NCBI GenBank assembly: GCA_964188305.1
Contig: OZ076899.1
DNA from: Podarcis bocagei
Lineage: Eukaryota
DNA length: 64,000 nt
Reading direction: 5' to 3' (one strand)
The notes under the pieces were generated by a model. That model made no database searches. It was not told the DNA's origin and saw nothing but the letters and a program-made list of their open reading frames with translations. The position numbers and the translations under genes were made by a program. Below, piece by piece: positions 26,101 to 37,900 of the stretch (the first letter of the stretch is position 1; every line of letters begins with the position of its first letter).

Positions 26101-28678
26101 GGGAAGCAAAGGGATTTTTTTGAGGGGAGGGGGAGCATACTGAAACTCTCTAGTAGAGTTAGAAAGCATGGGCTGATTCTGCTCTCCCCGCCCCCTGCCC
26201 CGCTTGCCTTTGCAGCCCTCCTGGAAGGATTTGACCTCCGCGACAGTATCAGCTTCATTGAAGAGCACATTGACCGACAGGTAAGGGAGAGGCCCGGGGT
26301 GGGGAGAAAATGCAAGCACTGACCTCAGTTGGTGTCTGGGTTCACCAGATCATATAATTGTACAAAAAGTTAAAATTTCTTTCTCCCTCCTTGCAGGTCT
26401 CCCCCCTTGAGAGTTTGCGCATGCTGTGCCTGCTGTCCATCACGGAGAACGGTGGGTGCTCTGCTGCAGGAGGAGGGGAGCCATGGGAGCGTGCAGGGGT
26501 GTGCTGCAGCACATTCACATCTCCTTTCTTCTGGTTGCTCCAGGGTTCGCCCCCAAGGACTATCGCTCCCTGAAAACCCAGTACCTCCAGGTGAGGCGGG
26601 AAGGAAGCAGTCCTCCTTTGGGCAGGAGGAGAGGGAAATTGGCTTTCCTGAGCCTCTGTAGATGTGCAGTTCCTCCTGGCTGGTGCTGGTCCTGCTGGAC
26701 TCATGCTCCCCTTTGTTGTGATCCCCTGCAGTCCTCCTCTGCCCTGATGCTCATCTCCCCCCACCCTTCCCTTCTAGAGCTATGGACCAGAGCATCTGCT
26801 GACCTTCCATAACCTGAAGCACCTGGGGCTCCTGACAGAGCAGGTGCCAGGGGAGACCCTGACAGCCGTGGAGAACAAAGTCAGCAAGCTGGTGACGGAC
26901 AGAGCGGCAGGTACAGCATCCTGCAGCAGCAGTTTCCCTTTGGAGCCTCTGTGTGTCCTGTGGAGGGGCATCCTGATGAGCCAGGAAGGAGCAGCTCCTC
27001 AGCAGAGCAGACAAGAGCTCAGTGCTCCTTGAAACCTTGTTGGCCCCAATGACCAGCTTCCTTTTGCCCTCCTCTTCCAGGGAAGCTCTCGGATGCCTTC
27101 AACTCACTAGCCAGGAAGAGCAATTTCCGAGGCATCAGCAAGAAGCTGGGACTAGTGAGTGCTATGCGGGGGGTGGAGCCGTGAGGTTGGTGTGGGGCAG
27201 CAGGCATCCTGATAAGACAAATCTCTCCCCCTTCTCCAGATCCCCCGTGTGGATGGCGAGTACAACCTGAAAGTGCCCCGGGACATGGCGTACGTCTTCA
27301 GCGGTGCCTACATCCCCCTGAGCTGCAAGTTGATAGAGCAGGTGCAAACCAGATCTCCCCTCTTCCCTTGTGGCCCTGGCCAGCCTCCCAAGACAGGCCC
27401 CAGTGCCCATGTCCCTTATTGTGGCTTCTGCTAACTCTACTGCCATCTTGGCTGCCTCATGCAGGTGCTGGAGCGCAAGAGCTGGCTGGGCCTGGAGGAG
27501 GTGGTGCGGCTCCTCGGGGGAAATGAATTTTCTGTGGCAGGTCAGTGGCTGGGAGCAAAGAGTGGGCAGCACCAACATGCTCTGTCAATACTCTTTCACC
27601 CCATGGGGTATTCTCTTGTTATCATTTCCCCCACGTGTGATAACATACGTCCTCTGGGCATGGAGTGGTGTGGGGATTCGCCATAGCCTGAGCAGTACAG
27701 GAAGCTGTGTACGTTCCCTCTGTTGTATCTCTGGAGTGGTGGTTAGACATTATACTCATTATTTTAAAAAAATGCAGCATGCCTTCTTGACTTTTTGAAA
27801 AAACTAACCAAAAACTAATACATTTTTGTAAAACACGACATTATCAAGCACCAGAGCTTGAAGTGAGGAAGGTGCTTCATACCATCTAGGACACCGACTG
27901 AGAGCAGCTCTCTGGGGATTGAGGCAGAGTTTCCCCCCCCCCCAGCCCTCCCTGATATATAACACTAACACACACAAATACACCTGCTTCAGTTGTGTGT
28001 TCATGCCTGCCTAGAGCTTAAGCATTTCCTTGGAATTAAACCAAGGGAGACCAGCTGCATCCTCCTCTGTTCTCCTTGCAGAGACCACTGTGGAGGAGAA
28101 TCCTGCCTGGGACTCCCAGCGCATCGTTCTGGCCATCTTCTTAGGTGGCTGCACCTTCTCTGAGATCTCAGCTCTTCGCTTCCTTGGCAGAGAAAGAGGT
28201 AAAAGCAATCCTTGAGCCAGAGGCAGCAGCGGCTTGGGAACTGGCAGTGGGCCTGCCCTGTTTTATGATCCCAGATAACTGTTTGTTTGGCATAATACAT
28301 CTTTTTAAAGACTATTTTAAATGTAAGAGGAAAGCAAGAATTTAGCTCTTATGAAGTTTGAAAAAGGGATCAGAAGCTGGAGAGGCCTCTCTGTATAGCT
28401 CCTTGTAATACATTGTTTAATAAATTATGCAGATAAGCAAACACATGCAAGCTTCCTAAATTAACATATTTTCAAGGCTTTGAATTTAGCTATTTTTGCC
28501 TCTCTTAGAGCAAGCCAGTGGAGGCTTTTGTTCTCACCAGACTCCAGGCAGCCTGGTTTGCCTTTTGCAATTTCATTCTCTGGCTCCCCTTTTTGCAGGG
28601 ATCAGGTTCATCTTCCTGACGACAGCCATCACCAACAGTGCCCGGCTGCTGGAATCAATGATAGAGACAAGGGCATGA
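20135..28678 (+). CDS. VPS33B: Sec1/Munc18-family protein VPS33B, 23 exons, 617 aa
   Basis: Exons 20135-20230, 20325-20405, 20823-20884, 21096-21145, 21844-21911, 22456-22501, 23063-23157, 23320-23424, 23760-23856, 24345-24422, 24595-24668, 24860-24946, 25033-25123, 25475-25549, 26216-26280, 26397-26451, 26544-26590, 26778-26910, 27081-27154, 27240-27341, 27465-27540, 28082-28198, 28599-28678 (1854 nt). Begins [26 protein letters not shown] and ends [35 protein letters not shown] at 29091. Confidence 0.96.
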
Positions 28679-30839
28679 GAGCTTCTGCAGCAAGGCATGG
28701 GCGATGGGCATACTTCAAGCAGCTGTGGCAGCCCTCGGATATTGCAGCAATGCTACCTGGAAAGTCTCCCCACTGCTTCCTGTAGGCTGGCAGCTGGCAA
28801 GTTGTTTCTCTACCCAGCAAGAAATCTGGGCTTGGACGTCTCTTCCTTCTTGCTCAGCCCGCCCATGGCAGGCAACGGGCTGCTCTTTCAGGAGCTTGAC
28901 TCTCCACTGCTTTGAACTTTGGGCTGCCTCCTGTCCAGTGAGAGGGCCTTTCCTTCACCCACCCTGGAGACACTTGGCCTTCCACTGCCCCCTTCCACTG
29001 CGACTCCTCCTGGCCTGCCATAGCACTGGGAGTATGCAGGGAGAGGTGGTCACCTGCAAATGTGACTCCTCCTGCCAGTTTGAGCAGTGCAATAAAGATG
29101 TGTCTGGTAACTGGTCTGAGCACCTGCTCTTTCTTCTTTCTCCCTCCGTCTCAATATGGGGAAAGTGTGCTGGCAGGGAAACTGCTTCTTTTGTCATTGA
29201 CTACCCGGTTTAAGGTGCTTTGGAGCTTCTGCCAACAGATCAGTGAAGCCAACCAAGAAGCGGGGGGAGGGAAGGAAGGCTGCTGTAGCTGTAGGGGAGT
29301 GGCACAAAGCCAGTGGGAGCTGGGAAGGGCCCTGGCCCCCAGGGAGACTGCCTCAGCACACAGGAGAGAAGAGGAAGCCATTGCAGACCCTCTCCCCTCA
29401 ACGAAAAAGAGCCTCTTTCAGCCTCAGGGTCTGTGCAAGATCCAAAAGAAAACTGAGCTGCAGTTGCCAAAATGACTACTCTACACAACTATTTACATTT
29501 ATTACTAAGGTTTTATATCCTTTTTTTTAGTTAAAGTGTTAGGGCTAAGGGATACATAAAAATAAAAATTTCAAATAAAATAGATCACGACATAAAAGCA
29601 CAAGAGTGAAAAAGCAACAGAGAAGGGAGGTTCCCAAATATCTGAAATTCTACCTCCTTCCCTACAGACCGTCTTGGGGGCAGTGGGGGCCCTCTTGGTA
29701 GTTCCTCCACCGTCAAAGGTGGAGGGGGGGCAGCCCAGAAGAGGGCCTTCTCTGCAACAGTCCCTAAGCTGTAGAACTCCCTACAGAGGTGCATCCAGTG
29801 CCTTCATTGTATAGCTTTTTGATAATGCTGAAGATGCACTTCTTTGTCCTAGCTTTTGACATTTGAGGTGTGTTTTTAGGGTGCACCTTAATTTTATGGT
29901 TGTAAGTTGTATTGTTTTTTAATATTGTTAATGCTGAACCTATGCTGGGACCTCAGGGTGAAGGACAGGTAATAATAAAAAAGGAGGAAAAAGAGGACCC
30001 CCCCCCACTCTTTAGAAGAGGCAGAAGAGATAAGAGAAACTGTCACCGTACAAAACAACTGTGCATAATGGTGCAAAGAAAGCTCATGTCTGCTGGTGTA
30101 TTGTGGAAGATAAGAGTCATAGGCCATTCAGACCTTTGGCCAAATGAGACCTTAGGACAGTATGTCAAAAAACGCTTTCTGCTTCTGGGAAACACACAGC
30201 AGCACTTTCCTCTATCTGCTTGCTTTCTCGACTTTCTTTGCTGCAGGAGAAGCTGCCTACTCAGTCAAGGTGTGGATATTTTTCCCTTGGGAAGGAAGGT
30301 GAGTAATCCAATGCGCAAGCTACAGCAAGAAGTGGAGAGAATGGCTGGCCGCCAGATCCTACAGTCATGGGGGAGGGGGGCTCAGGCGGAACAAACACAA
30401 CCCTCGGAAGGAAATGCACCAAAAACAGAAAGGATAGCAAGACTGGCAGTGCCCACCAAGCATCAGCTGCCAGAGTCATGACACCCCATGGAGGGTGGCA
30501 GCCCCAGGACCATCTTCCCCTTTTGGCATACACAGCAATGGCACTCCAGCATCCCATCCCTTCCTATGGCAATAGTGGTAGTGCCTGCCACCCGCTGTGC
30601 AAGCAAACAGGAGTGCAAGTCACACCATTTTTTGGAGGAACAGCACAGCATAGACTTTGGTCCTTTGGCAGAAGAGATGCACAGCCTTGTGGACAAGCAC
30701 TCAAGACCCCCTGAAGGGGAAAGAGTGCCTTTGTCAAGAATGCTGGGCAATGCAAAACGCTGGTGGTTGGTGCCCACTGGGACTGGCAGGAAGACCCAAG
30801 TAGGTAGAACCAGAGCCAATTTTTCTTTTATTGATTACA

Positions 30840-31040
30840 TTTCTATCCCGCCTTTCTTCCTCCAATGATATCAAGACAGTGCATGTGCTTCTACCCGCTT
30901 CTCCATTTTACCCTCAGAACAACCCTGTGAGGTAGGTTAGATTGAGAGCAGTCATAGAATGTGGGGAGCAGCCCGAGGTCACCCAGTGAGCTCCATGGCT
31001 GAGCAGAGACTTAACCTCCAGCCACTAAAGCACACTGGCG
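30840..31040 (-). mobile_element. Old SINE fragment (MIR/CORE-like)
   Basis: ACAACCCTGTGAGGTAGG..GGTCACCCAGTGAGCTCCATGGCTGAG resembles the reverse of MIR-like SINEs. Confidence 0.45.
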
Positions 31041-31062
31041 CTCTAGGACTGACAGGCTAGAA

Positions 31063-31198
31063 CAGGCTTCCTTAACCTCGGCCCTGCAGATGTTTTTGGC
31101 TTGCAACTCCCATGATCCCTAGCTAGCAGGACTAGTGGTCAGGGATGATGGGAATTGTAGTCTCAAAACATCTGGAGGGCCGAGGTTGACGAAGCCTG
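31063..31198. mobile_element. 136-bp hAT-type MITE upstream of PRC1
   Basis: TIRs CAGGCTTCCTTAACCTCGGCCCT / AGGGCCGAGGTTGACGAAGCCTG; perfect 8-bp TSD GGCTAGAA at 31055-31062 and 31199-31206. Confidence 0.88.
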
Positions 31199-31699
31199 GG
31201 CTAGAACCACCCTCTGGTCGTCAGGAAGGAGCCAGGCAGGTGGGGGTAGCCTGAGGGTGTGGGGCAGCGCCCCATTTGCCTCCATGGCCCACGAAAGGGG
31301 TCCCGGGGCTATGGCAACTGCTCCCTCTGTGCTGGCTGCAATCGCCTGGCCGTTGCCGTTTTCCTCCCCTCCCCCTGGCCTGGGCAGAGACCAGGGGATG
31401 GCTGGGTGGCACCCGTCCCCGTCCCCTCCAGCAAAATCAGTGCGCATTCGGGGAATCCCCGGGCCAGTTTTGCAGAGGGAGGACCCGCTCCGTCCGGCCC
31501 CAACCCTACTTTTAAAGCAGGGGCTGGAAAAGCCGGTGGGCGGATCCCCACTCCAATCCACGCTCCGCTTGACCGGGCCGGCTCCTCCTCCGCAGCGCTA
31601 TGTCAGAGGAGATGCTTGACACATTGAGATTCGCCTCGCGCAAAGCACCGTACGTGTGCAACTGTTACGTTCCTTCCTTCTACGTTGCTACCCTCCGAT

Positions 31700-31870
31700 A
31701 GGCTACAGTGAAAACAGCGCTTCCCTCTCATTGGGCAGAACGAACGCTGTGACGGAATAAACGCCAGGGAGGTGTCGTCCGTCTGGCAGTTGGGGGCGTG
31801 GCGGCGCCTTATACGGAAGCCAATCAGGGGGCGGCGGGGTAGAGTTTGAATTCTAGGCGGAGGCGCAACG
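31700..31870 (+). promoter_or_regulatory. PRC1 G2/M promoter with CCAAT boxes and a CHR element
   Basis: ATTGG 31730-31734, CGGAAG 31814-31819, CCAAT 31820-31824, GC-rich CDE-like GGCGGGG, then TTTGAA (CHR) at 31845-31850, about 130 nt upstream of the ATG. Confidence 0.75.
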
Positions 31871-31979
31871 GCTAGCGGAGTTGCGCGACGCGGAGCCGAA
31901 TAAGCAGCGGCGGTGGCAGCGAGCTAGAGAGCAAGAGGGAGAGAAGTGGGCTGGCTGGCCTTGGCGGATACCCGCGGCC

Positions 31980-34900
31980 ATGAGGAAGAGGTGGGCATTT
32001 GGAGGACGAAGTAGGGGACACTCTCTGGTTCGCAGGCGGCTGCCCGTCCGGTGTAACTCCGCAGTCGCCTCGCTGCGAGCCAGGAGCGGCCTCTGCCCCG
32101 GAGCGTCGCTCTCTTCCCAGGTGGCTGGTCGGTCATGGGGAGGGTTCCTTTTCCGCCCCTGACGGACTACCTTCCCTCTCTCGCAGCGAGGTTTTGGCCA
32201 GCGAGTCGGTGGCCTGCCTGAACCAGGCGCTGTTCCAGCTGCGCGACATCTGGGAGGAAATCGGCATCCCCGAGGACCAGCGCCTGCAGCGCACCGAAGT
32301 GGTGAAGAAGCACGTCAAGGTGAGCAGGGCCGAGAGATCCTGCCAACTCTGCCAGCTGAGCAAGGGCGAGGCCATGGGATGCCTTATGCTGACTCAGAGC
32401 AGTGGCCCATCTCCCCCCGCATTGGCTGCACTGACCGGCAGCCAATGCTGGGGTTTCAGACAGGGCCTTCTCGCAGCCTGACCTGGGAGTTGGACTTTCT
32501 GCATACAAAAGCAGGTGCACTGTCACTGAGCTGACATGGTCCTTTCCTACTAGGGCTGGCATAGATATTAGGCAGGGTGAGGCTGCCTCATAGCCCCCAG
32601 GGTGGCAGGGCGGGGCACTGCAGCTGGAGGCAGCAGGGCAGGGTGGCATTTTCCATTTTGCCTAAAGTGACTAAATGAGACACCCCATCCCTGTTCCCCA
32701 TTGCACTGTTCAACCAGGTGCTTCTGGGCTACAACTTCCACTCTCCCCAGTTAGCTTAGCTAGTGGTCAGAAAGGCTGATGGCAGCTGTAGGTCCAAAAA
32801 TATCTGGAGACTGAAAATGGAAAATGCTGTTCTGGAGCAGGGGCTCGCAAACTGGTCAGAGGCTCTTCATTCAGGTCACTGTGGCATGTCTACTTTAACT
32901 GTTCATATCGATTTTTAACCATAATTTAATTGCTTGTTTCATTTGTTTGTGTTCTTCGTATTTTGTTGTATTGCTATCAATCTGTTTGTTTGTTTGTAGT
33001 TTGATTTATATACCACCCTTCATCTCAGAGCAGAATAAACCGCGGAATAAAATCATACAGCATCTGACAATAGAGCATTACAATTGCTACAGAAGGTGGA
33101 AAAAATCATTAAGCAGTCTGGGTGGGGGGAACAGAGAATAGAGGAAGCTCACCTGGCCTCACGGTTCAAGGTCAAGACCTGTAAGATGAGTTCTGTGACT
33201 GGATTAGACCAAAAGCCCATCTTGTCATGCAACAGAACACAGGAAAGTGCCTTAGTACTTTGGTCCATCTAGCTCAGTATTATTCATTGGCAACAACTCT
33301 TCAGATTTCCCAGCCCTACCTGGAGGTACCAAGGATTGAACACCTGAATGTAAAGCAGGTGTTCTACCAGAACTGTGGCCCTTCTCATCCTATAGTAGCC
33401 TCACTGCCTCCTGTGGGAGCGAATTCCGCAGTTTAACTGTGTGCTGCATGAACAATTTTCCTTCTGTTTGTCTTGAATCTCCCTACATTCAGCTTCATTG
33501 AATGACCTGTTTGGTTATCACTGTCTGCTTTCTCCACACCATGTGTAATTTCCTACTACTATATTGTAAACAAAATCTGCCCTTATTCCTTTATGGGGTA
33601 CACAAGAGCCCTTATAGAGTCCTTTGTAGGTTCTCCATTGGTAGGAGAAAATAAAAGGCCAACCAGAGAATATTGAGAAGCAAAGCAGCTAGTATTCCTG
33701 ATCTTTATTAAAGCTGTTGCAGCAGGGTGCTCCCCTCACAAGCAGGAGAGAGGAGGAGGACCCCGAACAATGGCGCACAAGGCCTTATATAGCCATTTTG
33801 AAATTCCCTGCCCTGGAGCTCAAAACCATCCCTTCATACATCATACCTAAATCACAGAAAAGGCGGTCTACAACAGAAATTTGAATGCTGTTCTGCCAGG
33901 TTATCTGACAATGCCTTATCTGATTGCCTTTCCTGGTAGTCTGGCCATTCCTTTGAGATGGTAATTACTTAATTCCTGAGACAATGGGAAGGTTTTTTCA
34001 CCTCCTTCCTCCTTGCAGAGAAACACTTGGTCAGCTTGGGAGTCAAAATGGTTTAAGGACGGTCTTCCTGTGCTGCTTCAGACATGTGGTTTATATGTTT
34101 ATTTATGTATGTGTTTCCTTGGTGCATTTATGAACATATATCTCTAAGACCTTAAAATTCTTATAACAATATCATGCCTCCCGTTATCACCTTTTTTCAA
34201 AATGCTGTAACCTATCCTCACAAGGGAGTTGCTTTAGCACCTTGATCATTTTGGTTGCCCTTTTCTCTACAGTTTTTCTAAGATGCAGGAACCAAAACAA
34301 CCTCACAGTCCAAGTTCAGCTGTACCACATTTGTATGAAGATGTTACAATATAGGCAATTTTATTTTTGGCCCCTGTCCTAACAGGTTCTCTTTGGTGAA
34401 GGACTTGTGCATGATCATCACAAAAAGCAAGCCCACATGTACAGGGCTTTCTTGGGAATGATCAGCGGGGGCCTACTGATGTGGAGCTGCAAGCACCAGG
34501 GGAGGGGGTTTCCTAGATTAAATTGACTGGGCTCTGCAGCTGCTGTAGTGTCCTTGCTTGCTCTGGGTTCAATGCTGCTTGCTCTTGTGCCACCAGGGCT
34601 TGCTGGACATGATGATTGCGGAGGAGGAGAACCTCAAAGAGCGTCTCCTGAAGAGCATTGCAGTGTGTCGCAAGGAATTGGTGATCCTCTGCAAGGAGCT
34701 ACAATTGGCTCCTTTCGAGGTGAGACTGTGGGCTGGCGAATGTGGCTCAGACGCCGTCTCTTAGAGGGTGGTCCTGCTGAGCTCAGGAGGACTGTTTTTA
34801 TCACAGGAGGACGAGGAGACCACCATCCTGCAGCTAGAGAAGGACCTGCGCACCCGTGTGGAAGTAATGCTGAAGCAAAAGCGGGAGAGAAAGCAGGAGC

Positions 34901-37900
34901 TGAAGGTGCTGCAGGAGCGAGACCGGGAGATGTGTGACCTGCTTTGCACAGCTCCCTATGACATTGACAGTGAGGCTGTGCCCAGCTTGGCGGAGCTGGA
35001 CCACTTCCGGCGCCACTTGGCAGGACTAGCAACTGAAAAGGTGGGCACACTTTGTGTGTGCATGAGCGAAGGGGGGGAGGCTGAGCTTGGGGCTTGATGG
35101 GTAATGTCCTGCTTTGTCCTGCTCCTCCAGGAGCGCCGGCAGAAGGAGTTCCTTGACACCAAGAGGCAGATCATCCTGTGCATGGAGGAGCTGGAGCACA
35201 CCCCTGACACCAGCTTTGAGCGAGATGTCGTGTGTGAGGAGGAGGACGCCTTCTGTCTCTCGGAGGACAACATTGCTGCCCTGAAGGATCTCTTGCAGCA
35301 GGTCAGAGGGTGGGGTCTGGGGGAAGGATCTGGGGGGGCCTTGCCTGTGACATCCCATCTCTTCTGCTGCCTTTAGTTTGGCTAAGGCTGGTCTTTCTGC
35401 CCCTAGCTCGAGAGCAGGAGAGCCCAGAAGGAAGCCTTGTGCCAAGAGCTGCGTTCCAGGATTCGGGTGCTGTGGGAGCGGCTGCAGGTGCCTGCGGAGG
35501 AAAGGGAAGCCTTTGCCCCCTACATGGTGGGAGCCAAAGCCGCCATCATGGATGCTGTAAGGAATACTAAAGGCCTGAGGCCTCGGACCAGCAGCAGTGG
35601 TTCCTGTGCCAAGCCAACAGGGAGAAGGGGTGCTTCGTGCTGGGCAGTTGCGCTCAGGACCAAAGGGGAGCTGTTTCAAACCTTCCTCTGCCTGCTCCGA
35701 ATCCCAGTGCACCATGAGAGCCCCCCTCATGTTCTGTGGTGCACGCAGGAGGGGAGAGGGGGTCAGTGCCATCAGGGCGTGTGTTGACCTTTTGCTCTTC
35801 CCCGTTTAGCTGAAACTGGAAGTGGATCGTTTGCAAGAGCTGAAGTTTCAGAACATCAGAAATGTGGTGGAGGCCACCCGGGCTGAACTGGCAGACTACT
35901 GGGACAAGTGTTTTTATGGGGATGAGCAGAGGCGAGCCTTCTACCCCTACTATGAAGGTGAGCAAGTAGACCCTTCCCCAGCTGTTGCTGCTGGGTATAG
36001 ATTGATTGACTGTGGCCTCTTCCTACTGGGCATCCTGTTTTTCCCTTCTCCTTCCCAGATGACTTCACTGAAGAGCTGCTGCAGCAGCATGAAGAGGAAG
36101 TTTCCCGGTTAAAGCAGTGCTACGAAAGGCATCAAGAGCTGTTTGAATCCATCCACAAGTGGGAGAAGAACTGGCGCCTCTTCCAGGAGCTTGAGGTACA
36201 GCCAGAAGACACACAGGTGGCCAGATGTCTGGTGCTGGGCCAGGTGGGAAGCCACTGAGGGCCAGCCTAGGGTGGCTTCCCAAGCACAAGAGGCCTGCCC
36301 ATTTCCCAACTTCTCCCTTTTCAGAGGAAGGCGACGGACCCCAGCCGCTTCACCAACCGAGGGGGTAACCTTCTGAAAGAGGAGAAGCTGCGAGCGAAAC
36401 TTCAGAAGACTCTTCCAAAGGCATGTGGCCCTTTCTGCCCTTGGGAGGGACTGAGGCAGTAGGCCCAACCAGCCTGCTGTTTGCTTTGCACCCTGGTTGT
36501 GTAGCTTAGCTGAAGCCAGTTGTCTCTCGTTGCAGCTGGAGGAGGAGCTAAAGGGGCGTGTGGAGCTCTGGGAGCAGGAGCAGGAGCAGGCCTTCCTGGT
36601 GAATGGGCAGCGCTTCATGGAGTATGTGGCAGAGCAATGGCAGCTCCACCACATGGAGAAGGAGAAGGAAAAGCAGGAGCGAGTGAGTGAACAAGCTGAG
36701 AGCCCTCAAGGAGCTTCCATCTCCGCGTCGCTTAACAAGGACCCCTTTGTCCTCCTTGCTTTAGTCTGAAAAACAGACTCCTTTTTCTCTTCTCTGGCTG
36801 GTGACTGAAATCACAGGCGGCTTGGCCAAGGTCTCCAAAAGATGGGAATGAGCTGAACCATCCGCACTGGGTGTTTGAGGCCTTGCTTTGTGCGTCTGAA
36901 GTACAGGGGAGAGGGAGATATATTTTGGAGCAATGGTCCCAAAGCTGACACATGCTGCTGTGAGAACCACCCAGTAATTTGAAGCTTAAAATTAGCTGCT
37001 GGGCTATCTTGGGCAACCTGAGCAGGAGTCATCAGTACCCCTCTGGCAGTGGGTAGGTAGGCTGAAGAGAAGATGCCTGCAGAGGACTTCAGTCCCACCA
37101 GTCTTGTAGCCAGACATGAAGGACTTCTTGCTGCCTTCCCTTTTGTGGCTAATCTAACTCGCTTGCCATCCCCTTCTGGGGCTTCTGTGGATACCAATCA
37201 CCCAATTCCTTTTTCTTCCAGCAACTCAAGAAGTCCCGCCAAATTGAGGAGGAGATGATGTATGGCAGCACCCCACGGACCCCCAACAAGAGACGGGGCT
37301 TGGGCTTCATCACACCCAGCAAAGTGCGGAAGGTCCGTGTTGCCATGTGATGCTTCATGCAGAAGGGGCACTTTCTTTGCTTGTTCATTCCCTAGTACCA
37401 CATGTGCAATGAATTATGAATTTTGGTGGTTTTTTTTTGTTATTCTTGAAATAGTTATGGGATGGCAGTGTGGCTTTTGTTGAGCATTTCAATTGCACAG
37501 TAATGTAGAAAAGTGGTGTACAAATTAGCAATGAAATAAAAATGCTGGAAATGTAAACATTAGTGCAATAAAACCAAATGATTTTCATTGACCAAGGAAA
37601 AAATGCCCAAGGAGCCAAAGAGAATTGAGAATCCCTCACAGTGGCTGTAAGAACCTGTTTTTGCAAAATACTGAGTGGAAACGCAAATTCCAGGAATAGC
37701 TGAGATAAAAAGCAAAGATGTGTGAATCACAAAGCTCACACAAGAGGAAAGGAGGCAAACCTAATAAATTTCTGTAGAACTACAGTATATTTACTGATTG
37801 ATAGTCTAGCAAGGTATACTCCTCAGGAGATGATGTAATAGTAAATAACATAGCTATAACCCTTTATTAATCCTGACCTTTTGCACAATATTTTCTTTTA

